The notes under the pieces: generated by a model | Databases searched by the model: none | Told to the model about the DNA's origin: nothing | What the model saw: the letters and a program-made list of their open reading frames with translations, nothing else | Program-made: the position numbers and the translations under genes | Shown: piece after piece, positions 19,100 through 29,042 of the stretch | How the letters are laid out: each line of letters starts with the position of its first letter | Position numbering within the stretch: the stretch's first letter is position 1 | NCBI GenBank assembly: GCA_002779995.1 | Contig: PEWX01000115.1 | Location: 20,016 to 84,015, forward strand | Length of the DNA stretch: 64,000 nt | Reading direction: 5' to 3' | Source of the DNA: Piscirickettsiaceae bacterium CG07_land_8_20_14_0_80_44_28 | Lineage (GTDB): Bacteria; Pseudomonadota; Gammaproteobacteria; Thiomicrospirales; Thiomicrospiraceae

Positions 19100-19566
19100 A
19101 CAACACACTGCTGTCACAATTAAATGATATCTATATACCCGAAGCCATCGGCTGGTGGCCGCCTTCACAAACCCTAATTGGTCTCGTGGTCGGTTTGGGA
19201 GGCATAATCATCGGCATCAGCTGGTATCTGTGGAAACAGCATCGTTTAAATCAATACCGTGGCCAAGCCATGGATTTACTCAACGCAGCTTTATCGGAAA
19301 CCACCAATGACCGGGCAAAAATTCAAGCCACCAACAAACTGTTAAAGCAGGTTGCCATTACCCACTATGGACGGAACCAAATCGCCGCTTTAAATGGCCA
19401 GGCCTGGGTAGATTTTCTACAGAAAACCGCAGCTTATATTGACCAACCTGAAGCCATGCAACAGTTTGTCTGTGCACACTATCAACCGAAAATTCCCCTA
19501 AATGATGCTGATATCTCAGCCTGTTTGGATTATGCCGCCAAATGGATTAAAGGACATCATAAATGA
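19096..19566 (+). CDS. DUF4381-like small membrane protein, operon B
   Basis: The ATG at 19096 forms an ATGA overlap with the DUF58 stop. Reads MNNTLLSQLNDIYIPEAIGWWPP followed by a single TM helix. The longer ORF-track start at 18988 lies inside the DUF58 gene. Confidence 0.7.
   Translation: MNNTLLSQLNDIYIPEAIGWWPPSQTLIGLVVGLGGIIIGISWYLWKQHRLNQYRGQAMDLLNAALSETTNDRAKIQATNKLLKQVAITHYGRNQIAALNGQAWVDFLQKTAAYIDQPEAMQQFVCAHYQPKIPLNDADISACLDYAAKWIKGHHK
19398..19407. repeat. CCAGGCCTGG palindrome copy (exact), inside the DUF4381-like CDS
   Basis: Encodes G-Q-A-W. Confidence 0.95.
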
Positions 19567-20588
19567 CGCTAGAAGCCCTCCCATACTTTTGGCAACAACT
19601 CAGCTTTTTGTCACCTTGGATGCTGGCATTTTTGCCGCTGCCCTGGTTGATTAGACGCATCTTTCAACCAGCGCCTCAGCAGCAAGTGCCGCTATTGGCG
19701 CCTCACCTTATCCGACGGTTTGAAAGCAGTGGCGCTAGTCTGATGCAACCCGCCGTCAAACAAATAACATCACTGCCGGTATTGGGATTCGTCATTTGGT
19801 TACTCATATTGTTGGCCGCCATGCGACCGGTTTGGTTTTGGCAAGCTGAACCTTTTAAGGCCACCGGAAAAAACCTAATGCTGGCGGTTGACCTGTCTGG
19901 CAGTATGGAACAAACCGATATGCAAATCGGTGGACAAGCTGTCGATCGCCTCACTGCCGTTAAAAAAGTCGTACAAGACTTTATTGAAAAACGCCAAGGC
20001 GATCGTATGGGCTTGGTGGTGTTTGGCACCCAAGCCTTTTTACAAAGCCCATTAAGCTTTGACTTAAAGACCGTGCAAACGCTATTAAATGAAACAGAAA
20101 TTGGCATGGCCGGCAATAACACGGCCATTGGCGATGCCATCGGTGTGACTTTGCAGCACCTATCTAAAACCCACCAAGATCATACGGTATTGATTTTACT
20201 CACGGATGGCTCCAATACCGCAGGTGCCGTCCAGCCGCTCGATGCAGCGCGCCAAGCCAAAAGTATGGGGGTCAAAATCTATACCATTGGGGTGGGCGTT
20301 GTCGCAAGCCGTGGCTTAGATCAACTGTTATTTGGTCAAAGCCGCTCGGTCGATACCGACACTTTAAAAACCATTGCAGAACGCTCAGGCGGCCAGTTTT
20401 ATACGGCAGCCAATCTTCAACAACTCAATGACATCTATAATGAAATAAATCAATTAGAATCCACTGAACAAGACCGCACACCCTATCGACCCAGAACCGA
20501 ACTTTACCCCTGGCCTTTGGGAGCGGCATTACTCATCAGTTTTTTCATTGCGCTTTATCGACTCTACAGACCAAAATACTATGACTGA
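19563..20588 (+). CDS. VWA-domain membrane protein (BatA-like), operon B
   Basis: 341 aa. Has TM helices, a VWA domain with MIDAS motif DLSGSM, TDGSNTAG, and a C-terminal TM helix. Confidence 0.8.
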   Translation: MTLEALPYFWQQLSFLSPWMLAFLPLPWLIRRIFQPAPQQQVPLLAPHLIRRFESSGASLMQPAVKQITSLPVLGFVIWLLILLAAMRPVWFWQAEPFKATGKNLMLAVDLSGSMEQTDMQIGGQAVDRLTAVKKVVQDFIEKRQGDRMGLVVFGTQAFLQSPLSFDLKTVQTLLNETEIGMAGNNTAIGDAIGVTLQHLSKTHQDHTVLILLTDGSNTAGAVQPLDAARQAKSMGVKIYTIGVGVVASRGLDQLLFGQSRSVDTDTLKTIAERSGGQFYTAANLQQLNDIYNEINQLESTEQDRTPYRPRTELYPWPLGAALLISFFIALYRLYRPKYYD

Positions 20589-22494
20589 AGAAACCCTACA
20601 TTTTTTAAGACCCATTTGGCTATGGGGATTGATTGTCGTCGCATTCATCGGTTGGCGGTTATGGCGCCAAAAAATTCAAGATGGCGGCTGGAACCAACTC
20701 ATCGCAGCCCCGTTTAAGCCTGTGTTATTGACACAACAAACCGAGCAAAAAACCGCCCTGCCGTTAATCGGGTTGTTAATTATTTGGGTGATTACGTTAA
20801 TCGCACTCAGTGGCCCCACTTGGCAAAAGGTTGAAGTACCGGCAGAAAAAAATCGCCAAGCCAGCGTGATACTCTTTGATCTTTCATTATCCATGCTGGC
20901 TGACGACATTAAACCCAACCGCTTAAGCCGAGCCAGATTTCAACTCATCGACCTCCTCAAATCACACCCTGAGCAACAGTTTGGTCTGGTGGTTTATGCG
21001 GGTTCAGCGCACACCATCACCCCCATTTCAGAAGACCCACAAACCCTGATCAACCTAACGCCCAGTCTCAGCCCAATTATTATGCCCCGTATGGGGGCCA
21101 ATGTGATGGCTGGTTTAAAACAAGCCCAACAACTCTTAGAAGGCGCGCATATCACTCAAGGTCATATTATTTGGATCACCGATTCAGTCGAACCCACTGA
21201 AATCAATCCGATTCAACAATTTATAACCACGCAAAAGCTTTCTTTAAGTGTCGTTACCCTAGGGACAGAGTCAGGAGCGCCTATTCCGGTGCCTAATTTT
21301 GGTTTGCTTAAACAAGACAATGGCCAATTGGTGTTAGCCAAACTCCCCTTTTCTGACTTTCAAAGACTTGCAGAAGATGCCAATATCGCGCTGCATCCAT
21401 TGACACAACAACCACTAGACACCTCCGAGCTGTTACCGGCACCCTTTATCCAAAATCAACCGACTTCACCCCCTGATCAACAAACAGATAAAACCCTTTC
21501 CAGTTGGTTAGACCAAGGAATTTATTTAATTTGGTTACTGTTACCATTGGTGGCATTAAGTTTTCGCAAGGGTTGGGCGTTTAGCCATTTCAGCCTCGCA
21601 TTGTTACCGCTGTTATTGATTGGCCAAGCCTATCCGGTGAATGGCTACAGTGCTGAAAAGCAACCGGAAGCTCATTCAGTTTCATTATTGGATGTGTTGA
21701 AATCGAATGATCAGCAAGGCTATGAAAGCTGGCAACAGAAAAATTACGAAGCGGCAGCCAATCAATTTGAATCTCCCTTATGGAAGGGTGCCAGCTACTA
21801 TCGATTGCAAAAGTATGCTGAAGCTATCGAGCAATTTAAACGCGACGAATCCGCAGAAGCTCAATTTAATTTGGGCAATGCACATGCCCAATTAGGACAT
21901 TTTCAACAAGCATTGGATGCCTACCAAAAAGCCTTAGATTTACGCCCGGACTGGCAAGCCGCCCAACAAAACCGCAAGCTCATTGAACAATTGCTAAAAC
22001 AACAGCAACAAAAATCACCGCCATCACCGGAATCCAAAAACACCAACGAATCGAACAACTCCGAGTCGTCGTCTCAGGCTGACACCGAAAATACCCAACC
22101 CAACAACGCACCCAATGACCTGAATCAACCGCAGCAGACCCAACCAACTCAACAACCCCAACAACCCCGAAAAAACGAAACCGCATCAAACTCACAAAAC
22201 GGCCAATCCAATCCCGCTGAATCAACCCAATCGAATCAAAAATCCGGCGATGCAGAAACCGAACACGCTTTATCAACTCAATCCCCGGATAACCAAAAAA
22301 ACCAATCGGATGACGAACAAGCCCGACAAATGACCGAAAACAAGGCTTCTCCAGCCCAGACTGAATCTGAGCGCGCACAGCAAAACTGGTTAAATCAAAT
22401 TCCACACCAACCCGGATTATTTTTAAAACGCAAATTTGAATATCAATATCAGCAACAAGCTGATCCGATTCCTGAAAACACAAAAATTTGGTAA
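20581..22494 (+). CDS. VWA-domain plus TPR-repeat protein (BatB/BatC-like fusion), operon B
   Basis: The ATG at 20581 overlaps the upstream stop. Has MIDAS motif DLSLSM, TPR repeats (YEAAANQFES, YAEAIEQFKR, FQQALDAYQKALDLRPD), and a long Q/N/S/P-rich tail. Confidence 0.8.
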   Translation: MTEETLHFLRPIWLWGLIVVAFIGWRLWRQKIQDGGWNQLIAAPFKPVLLTQQTEQKTALPLIGLLIIWVITLIALSGPTWQKVEVPAEKNRQASVILFDLSLSMLADDIKPNRLSRARFQLIDLLKSHPEQQFGLVVYAGSAHTITPISEDPQTLINLTPSLSPIIMPRMGANVMAGLKQAQQLLEGAHITQGHIIWITDSVEPTEINPIQQFITTQKLSLSVVTLGTESGAPIPVPNFGLLKQDNGQLVLAKLPFSDFQRLAEDANIALHPLTQQPLDTSELLPAPFIQNQPTSPPDQQTDKTLSSWLDQGIYLIWLLLPLVALSFRKGWAFSHFSLALLPLLLIGQAYPVNGYSAEKQPEAHSVSLLDVLKSNDQQGYESWQQKNYEAAANQFESPLWKGASYYRLQKYAEAIEQFKRDESAEAQFNLGNAHAQLGHFQQALDAYQKALDLRPDWQAAQQNRKLIEQLLKQQQQKSPPSPESKNTNESNNSESSSQADTENTQPNNAPNDLNQPQQTQPTQQPQQPRKNETASNSQNGQSNPAESTQSNQKSGDAETEHALSTQSPDNQKNQSDDEQARQMTENKASPAQTESERAQQNWLNQIPHQPGLFLKRKFEYQYQQQADPIPENTKIW

Positions 22495-22499
22495 CCACT

Positions 22500-24197
22500 A
22501 TGTCCCAAGACCTCAAACATAACCAACATCGAAAATGGCTAACCAAAGTCACGCTCATTAGCTTATTGCTGATATTATTGTTGTTAATCAGTTGTGTGGG
22601 ATATGCTAAACAAGTCACGGTTCACACCGATCATCAACAAGTGCAAATGGGTGATATTATTACGCTCATCGTAGAAACCGATTTTTCACCGCAAAGCTCG
22701 CCCGATTTTACTCAAATGCAAGATCAGTTCGATTTATTGGGCAACCAACGCAGCAATCAAATCCAAATCATTAATGGCAACTATCAATCCTTGTCACGTT
22801 GGATACTCCACATCAGCCCCAAGCAAATTGGCGAGCTGGTGATTCCACCGCTTGAAGTGGATGGCATCCTAAGCCAACCGTTAATCATTAACGTATCTGA
22901 TACACAGCACGCGCCCGGCGAGAAACGCGGCAGTAGCTTTTTAGAATCCACGCTAAACCTCACCCAGGTCTATGTTCAACAAGAAGTCCTTTTTACCTTG
23001 CGGTTTTACCATCAAGGGCGCTTTATTGATGGCAATATACGACCACCCGTCTTTGAAGATGCTTTAAGCGAACCCTTGCAAAACCAGTTTCACTATCAAA
23101 CCCAAATTGAGGGGAAACGCTATGATGTCTATCAATGGACTTGGGCATTTTATCCACAGAAAAGTGGCGACGTGGTGATTCCGCCCCAGGCTTTTTATGG
23201 ACGCATTCAATATCAAGGTCGATTAAAGCAAGTTAAAGAACAAACCGACCCGCTGATTTTAACCGTTAAACCCAAACCAGCGAATTATCCGCCACAAGCG
23301 GCATGGCTACCCGCTCAATCACTCAAGCTGACAGAAGATTGGCAAATCAACCAGCCGATTCATGTTGGCGACGCCATCAGTCGAACGCTCAAATTAAGCG
23401 CTCAGGGCTTATTGCATTCACAACTCCCTGTATGGCAATTGTCCAACCAGTCCGGCTTTCATCTCTATCCTGACCCTGAGCAATCCAACAACCAAATCAC
23501 CTCTCAAGGTATTAACAGTCAAAAAACCGTTGACATCGCCATCGTAGCGACTCAAGCAGGCCACCTCACCCTGCCACAAATCGAACTGCATTGGTGGAAC
23601 ACCGCAACCGACCAACTGGAAACGGCCACTTTACCGGCCAAAACCCTCACGATTCTGCCCGCAAAAGCCGATGAAACCGGTCAAGTCGCGCAAACGCCCA
23701 ATAATGATTCACGTGAAACCTTTTCAAAAGAAACCACCCGTCATTCTGAAACTCTTGGCTGGCAAATTGCCGTCGGCGCGCTAATGGGACTCTGGTTTCT
23801 CACCGTGATGGGATTTATATTTTGGATTGTGAAACTTCAAAGCCAACTTAAAAAACAAACAGTAGAAGCGGTTAAAAGCACAAAAAATGACCAGGCCTGG
23901 TCAAATTTAGCCCCCGAAATCGCCAACTTGTGTGACAAAACCCTAGCGGAGAAAGATGCAAAAAGTGTCTTTGTTGCGCTATTAACCTGGAAAAATCACC
24001 ACCCAAACCTCAGCAGCAATGCCCTCAATCGTCAACTAGACGCGCTTAAAGCCCATCTGTATGGGCAAGCCCCTTTAGAACCCTCATTATTAACTGAAGT
24101 CTGTCAAGAAGTGAAGCGGCTTAGTGACACACAACCCCCCAAAGCCGCAGAAAAGAATCGCTTGGCGCCGATTTATCCGACACAACAAACCGAATAA
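22500..24197 (+). CDS. BatD-like protein, last gene of Bat-like operon B
   Basis: Has a signal/anchor segment, a large extracytoplasmic domain, one C-terminal TM helix (LMGLWFLTVMGFIFWIV) and a tail. The ATG at 22500 is preferred over the TTG at 22488. Confidence 0.65.
   Translation: MSQDLKHNQHRKWLTKVTLISLLLILLLLISCVGYAKQVTVHTDHQQVQMGDIITLIVETDFSPQSSPDFTQMQDQFDLLGNQRSNQIQIINGNYQSLSRWILHISPKQIGELVIPPLEVDGILSQPLIINVSDTQHAPGEKRGSSFLESTLNLTQVYVQQEVLFTLRFYHQGRFIDGNIRPPVFEDALSEPLQNQFHYQTQIEGKRYDVYQWTWAFYPQKSGDVVIPPQAFYGRIQYQGRLKQVKEQTDPLILTVKPKPANYPPQAAWLPAQSLKLTEDWQINQPIHVGDAISRTLKLSAQGLLHSQLPVWQLSNQSGFHLYPDPEQSNNQITSQGINSQKTVDIAIVATQAGHLTLPQIELHWWNTATDQLETATLPAKTLTILPAKADETGQVAQTPNNDSRETFSKETTRHSETLGWQIAVGALMGLWFLTVMGFIFWIVKLQSQLKKQTVEAVKSTKNDQAWSNLAPEIANLCDKTLAEKDAKSVFVALLTWKNHHPNLSSNALNRQLDALKAHLYGQAPLEPSLLTEVCQEVKRLSDTQPPKAAEKNRLAPIYPTQQTE
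23891..23900. repeat. CCAGGCCTGG palindrome copy (exact), inside the BatD-like CDS
   Basis: Flanks are aaaaaatga / tcaaattt. Encodes K-N-D-Q-A-W at the position homologous to the copy at 1854. Confidence 0.95.
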
Positions 24198-24224
24198 TCA
24201 TTGCTCAACAGGGCGGCACCTCGA

Positions 24225-26375
24225 TTAAGATTTAAAGTGACCGTCTGCTATGGATTGAACTGCCGGATAATTGGTTTTTCCGGTTCCTAAAACCGGAATT
24301 TCTTCTACCAAAATAACGGTTTTCGGCACCATTAATTCCGAGACTTGTACACGTTTAGCGGCTTCTTTCACGGTTTGACGACTCAAACCATCATCATTGG
24401 TTACCAAGATTAACTGTTCACCCTTACGCTCATCCGCTACCGAAACCACCACATGATGCCCTTCCGGACTATATTGATTAATATAACTTTCCACGGCCGT
24501 TAAGGAAATCATTTCACCGCCAATTTTGGCAAACCGCTTTGCACGGCCTTTAATGGTAATAAACCCTTGTTGATCAACAGACACCACATCGCCCGTGTCG
24601 TACCAACCATCCTCTGGTGCTTGTAGTACCCCCGGCTGATTGGGCATTAAATAGCCCAACATCACATTGGGACCTTTAACACACAAAGCGCCCCCTTCTT
24701 CAATGCCCTCAATCGGTCGAATTTTATATTCCACGCCGGGGACTAATTGTCCGACCGTGCCATTTTTAAAACTCAACGGCATATTAACGGCCAATACCGG
24801 TGCGGTTTCGGTGACCCCATAACCTTCTAATATCGGTGTATGAAAACGATCTGCATACAGTCGGCGCGTTTCTGGACGCAGTTTCTCGGCACCTGCCACC
24901 ATATAACGCACACTGTAAAAATCATAAGGGTCTGCCTTTTTAGCATAGCCTGAAAAAAAGGTATCGGTACCAAATAACAACTTCACATTTAGGGTATAAA
25001 TCATCTCCGGAATCACCCCATAATGCAGCGGGGAAGGATATAAAAAGACTCTGCCACCCTTTAAAATCGGCCATAACAACCCAGCCGTTAATCCAAAACT
25101 GTGAAAGGTGGGTAGGGCATTAAAAAGCTGCTCGCCGGGTAATAAGGTCAACATCGCTGAAATTTGATTGACATTACTGGTGAGGTTTCTATGAGATAAC
25201 ACCACGCCTTTAGGAACCCCTTCAGAGCCGGAGGTAAACAAAACCACCGCAGGCGCATTTTCTTCAACACCATAACCCTTTAGAGAAGAAACAGGCGTTA
25301 GGATTGCTCGCAATTTATCCAGCAAACCAACTTGAGCACGGACGTCTTCTAAATAAATAAACTGCACCTGATCTGACAAGGCTTCAACCACCGCGTCGAG
25401 TTGATAGACCTCAACAAACTTTCTTGAGGTAATAATACTTTTTAACTCAGCCGTTTCACAGGCCGATCGCATTGGCCCTAAACCTGCGGTAAAATTCAGC
25501 ATGGCAGGCACAATACCAAAGGCTTGCAAGCCAAAAAAGGCAACCGGTAAGCCGCTCACATTGGGCAGTAACACCCCTACCCGCTGTTCTCCGTGACAAA
25601 GGGCTGCCAGCTTTCGCCCTAGAATCATGGCACCAAGTCGCAATTTTTTACGAGAAACCCCCACACCATTGATATCTTCGACACAGACTTGTTTATCATT
25701 AAACGACTTGCCTGAATTACATAAGGCTTTAAATAAACTTTGAGGGGTTTGTTGACTCTCAAAAGTGGCATCTCGCAATAGTGTAAAAATGCGGTTTTTA
25801 AAAAATTGATGTTTTAGACGGCCTTTTAGGTCACCTGGCATATCCAAAGATTGAGCCGGTAAAACTTGGAGGGTAATAGCAGGAAACCAACGACGTTTGG
25901 TATAAGCAAACCGTTCACCATCGAGATAAGAAAACTGACTTTGGTGAGCACCCTGAATACAAATGGGTAAAATCTTAGCGTTGGCCTGATGGGCAACCAT
26001 ACCTGTGCCTTCATACACCTTCATTAAACTACCCGTGGTCGTAATACGCCCTTCCGGGAAAATCATGCAGTGTTGGCCTGACTTTAAAGCTTTAATCACC
26101 CGCTTGGTGGCATAAGGGTTGTGAAACTCCACTTTAAAATGATGCACAAAACTCAATAGAAATTTTTCATACCACTTATGCGTATGACTCTCATCAATCA
26201 TAAAAGCGGTATCTCCCGGTAGAAAAGCACGAATCAAAACCCCATCTAATAAAGAGGTATGATTGGCAATAATCAACATCGGCTCCCCGGATTGATCCAA
26301 ATGATGATAATGCTCTAAGCCTTGAATCCTGACTTTAAAAAAAACTTTTAATAATGCTTTAATCACCCACTTCAT
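24225..26375 (-). CDS. aas: Bifunctional 2-acylglycerophosphoethanolamine acyltransferase / acyl-ACP synthetase (Aas)
   Basis: 716 aa. Has an N-terminal PlsC-type acyltransferase domain (NHTSLLDG, FPEGR) and a C-terminal AMP-binding domain (FTSGSEGVPKGV, GYGVTE, GDVV). It overlaps lplT by 17 nt. Confidence 0.9.
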   Translation of the reverse strand: MKWVIKALLKVFFKVRIQGLEHYHHLDQSGEPMLIIANHTSLLDGVLIRAFLPGDTAFMIDESHTHKWYEKFLLSFVHHFKVEFHNPYATKRVIKALKSGQHCMIFPEGRITTTGSLMKVYEGTGMVAHQANAKILPICIQGAHQSQFSYLDGERFAYTKRRWFPAITLQVLPAQSLDMPGDLKGRLKHQFFKNRIFTLLRDATFESQQTPQSLFKALCNSGKSFNDKQVCVEDINGVGVSRKKLRLGAMILGRKLAALCHGEQRVGVLLPNVSGLPVAFFGLQAFGIVPAMLNFTAGLGPMRSACETAELKSIITSRKFVEVYQLDAVVEALSDQVQFIYLEDVRAQVGLLDKLRAILTPVSSLKGYGVEENAPAVVLFTSGSEGVPKGVVLSHRNLTSNVNQISAMLTLLPGEQLFNALPTFHSFGLTAGLLWPILKGGRVFLYPSPLHYGVIPEMIYTLNVKLLFGTDTFFSGYAKKADPYDFYSVRYMVAGAEKLRPETRRLYADRFHTPILEGYGVTETAPVLAVNMPLSFKNGTVGQLVPGVEYKIRPIEGIEEGGALCVKGPNVMLGYLMPNQPGVLQAPEDGWYDTGDVVSVDQQGFITIKGRAKRFAKIGGEMISLTAVESYINQYSPEGHHVVVSVADERKGEQLILVTNDDGLSRQTVKEAAKRVQVSELMVPKTVILVEEIPVLGTGKTNYPAVQSIADGHFKS

Positions 26376-27675
26376 TCACTGTTTTCCTATTCTTTATCAA
26401 ACCACTTCCCAGCCGAAAGTACCAAAATGCTGCCAATAAATTCAATAAGGCAATCGCATAAAACAGATCCACCACATCTGCTCCCAGCCCATATAGCAGT
26501 AACACCAATAATGCCGACAAAACCATTAATAACGCATTGGTGATATTATTGACCGCCACCATTCTAGAGCGAAAGTGCTCGGCTGTTTGGACTTGGAGCA
26601 AGGTATATAAAGGCACACAAAAAGCACCGCCGACCGCTGCTATCGCCACCAACACCCCCCAAATTAACCAGGCCTGCCACTGTTGCAGAAATGCCAATAT
26701 CGCCAAAGGCTCATCAACAGTCGGTGCCCAAACCGTCATGATCACATTCGCCAATAATATCATCACCGACATCCCAATTAATAACCAGCCTAACCAAAGC
26801 ACATCCAATAATGCTTTAACACGCGGTTGAAATCGATGCGCCAACCAAGCACCGATGGCAATACCAATCGAAAATCCGCTTAAAAACAGTAAAACAACTT
26901 GATCATCACCGCCCAATACATTGGAAACCATGATGGGCATTTGACTTAAATAGGTCGCCCCCAAAAACCAAAACCATGATATCGCCAGCACCGCAAAAAA
27001 GGCTTCAGGAAAACGTTTTCTCAATCGCATTTCTTGAATCGTGTTGGTAATAAAATTCCATTGCAGGGTGATTTTCGGATCTGTTGACTGTGATGAAGGA
27101 ACAAACCGACTGGCGATCACACCCAGCACCGCAACCGAGAGCAATGCCCAAGCCATAAGCTGCTGCCCTGATTCGGTTAAAATACCCCAACCGCCTAATA
27201 TCGTTCCCAATAAAATCGCCACAAACGTTGACGCACTAAACCAGCCATTGCCTTCTAGCAAGTGCATTTCTGACAACTGTTCCGGTAAAATTGAATATTT
27301 AATCGGGCCAAAGAATGCCGATTGCACCCCCATCAGGAACAAAACACCCAGTAACGCCATCACCGACTGAGCATTCAGCGCCAAAGCCCCTAAAATCATG
27401 ATCAACACTTCAGCTAATTTGATTTTGCGTATCAAGAAAGTTTTATCAAATTTATCTGCTAACTGGCCTGCAAAAGCTGAAAACAAAAAAAACGGCAGGA
27501 TAAAAAACCCTGCCGCCATTGTAATCAGAATACCTGCCTGCTCTGGAGACTCCGCCAGTCGAAATGTAATTAACATCACTAACGCATTTTTAAATAAATT
27601 ATCGTTAAAAGCGCCTAAAAACTGTACCCAAAAAAGCGGAAAGAAATGACGTTTAAACCAAAAAGGATGCCGCAT
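26359..27675 (-). CDS. lplT: MFS lysophospholipid transporter LplT
   Basis: 438 aa polytopic MFS protein immediately upstream of and overlapping aas, which is the classical lplT-aas pairing. Confidence 0.8.
   Translation of the reverse strand: MRHPFWFKRHFFPLFWVQFLGAFNDNLFKNALVMLITFRLAESPEQAGILITMAAGFFILPFFLFSAFAGQLADKFDKTFLIRKIKLAEVLIMILGALALNAQSVMALLGVLFLMGVQSAFFGPIKYSILPEQLSEMHLLEGNGWFSASTFVAILLGTILGGWGILTESGQQLMAWALLSVAVLGVIASRFVPSSQSTDPKITLQWNFITNTIQEMRLRKRFPEAFFAVLAISWFWFLGATYLSQMPIMVSNVLGGDDQVVLLFLSGFSIGIAIGAWLAHRFQPRVKALLDVLWLGWLLIGMSVMILLANVIMTVWAPTVDEPLAILAFLQQWQAWLIWGVLVAIAAVGGAFCVPLYTLLQVQTAEHFRSRMVAVNNITNALLMVLSALLVLLLYGLGADVVDLFYAIALLNLLAAFWYFRLGSGLIKNRKTVNEVGD
26668..26677. repeat. 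One-mismatch copy of the palindrome (CCAGGCCTGC) inside lplT
   Basis: Read directly from the sequence. Confidence 0.7.
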
Positions 27676-27692
27676 AAGAGCCTAGTGATCCA

Positions 27693-28967
27693 TTAATATT
27701 TCCAAACCAGTTGCGCACTGAATATATCCACACTGGCATCATAATCCCCCACTAAATACTGTTTATCATCCGTGGTATAGTTCACGGGTGATTTTTCGGC
27801 AAATAGGTGACTATAACCAACATCCACATTCATATACGTATTGATTTGATAACCCACACCCACCGATAGCCAATTGCGATCTGAATCGGGGGTTCTCGGG
27901 CTACGATTGGTGGCATTTTGTACAGGCGTTCGATCTAACGCAACCCCTGTTCTAAATTTCCAACTTGGGTTAAGTTGATAAATTGCGCCCAGCGAATAAC
28001 GCCAAACATCCATAAAATCTTGTCGCGTATTGGCGTCTGCCTGACCCGAATCATACTGAATGACTAACTCTTTATAATCCGACCATTTTGTCCAAGTTAC
28101 CCCGCCTAACAATGTTAGCTGCTGACTGAGTTTTTGTGACAAACTGATAATCGCCGAAGCCGGCATGACCACATCTGATGAGATGTCGCCATCTTTTAAT
28201 GCACCACTTAATGCGGCATGGACATCATACTTTACCGTGCCACTGGCACTATGTTTGATATTAGAGCGATAAGCAATCCCCATTTTAAAATCCGCATTCG
28301 GGGTAAACAACATTCCCAAATTATAGCCATACCCCCAACTATCGGCTTTAATGGTGGCATTACCATCGGCCGTCACTGCGCCACTGGTTAAAGCCGCTTG
28401 ATTCACCTTTTGCTGCATCTCCAAATTAACCGACTGTGCATTCAACCCCAAGCCCAGTGCCAAAGTTTTACTTAACTTACGGGATAAGGTTGGATTAAAC
28501 TGATAGGTTTTTAAATTGGTTTCGGTGGCATGATAACGGCCAACCCAATCTTCTTTATAGGATATATGCTGACCGAAAGGCACATTCAAACCAAAGCCGA
28601 CATGATAAGGGCCATAGGCTCTTTTCCAATACAGATTGGGAACCACACCGACGGTTGCCCCATCATCCCCCTGACCACTGATACTATTTCCAGGCACCGC
28701 TAAATAAGAGCCGTTATTGGAAAATTTAGCCGATGGATCGATACGATGCGCAGCCAAAACGGCTTGAGAACCGGGCAAAACAGCAATGCCCGCAGGGTTA
28801 AACCACATCACACTGGCATCTTCCGTTGAAGCCGCTGCGCCCGCATAAGACAGCCCCTGACCACTTGCAGACTGTTCAATTAAAGCAAATCCAGAAGCAT
28901 AACCAGTCGATGACACCCCACATAAAACGCCCAATAAAACAATAGAAAAATTTCGCATTATCCCCAC
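27693..28967 (-). CDS. fadL: FadL/OMPP1/TodX-family outer-membrane long-chain fatty-acid/hydrophobic-compound channel
   Basis: 424 aa. Has a signal peptide and the N-terminal hatch motif GFALIEQSASGQGLSYAG. Alternating beta-strand pattern ending in an aromatic residue (VWKY). Confidence 0.85.
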   Translation of the reverse strand: MGIMRNFSIVLLGVLCGVSSTGYASGFALIEQSASGQGLSYAGAAASTEDASVMWFNPAGIAVLPGSQAVLAAHRIDPSAKFSNNGSYLAVPGNSISGQGDDGATVGVVPNLYWKRAYGPYHVGFGLNVPFGQHISYKEDWVGRYHATETNLKTYQFNPTLSRKLSKTLALGLGLNAQSVNLEMQQKVNQAALTSGAVTADGNATIKADSWGYGYNLGMLFTPNADFKMGIAYRSNIKHSASGTVKYDVHAALSGALKDGDISSDVVMPASAIISLSQKLSQQLTLLGGVTWTKWSDYKELVIQYDSGQADANTRQDFMDVWRYSLGAIYQLNPSWKFRTGVALDRTPVQNATNRSPRTPDSDRNWLSVGVGYQINTYMNVDVGYSHLFAEKSPVNYTTDDKQYLVGDYDASVDIFSAQLVWKY

Positions 28968-29042
28968 CTTTTTGAAAACCCTACCATTTTTAATAGATTT
29001 TAGCAGTTATGCTCAATAATGCGACTTAAATAATTTTATGAC

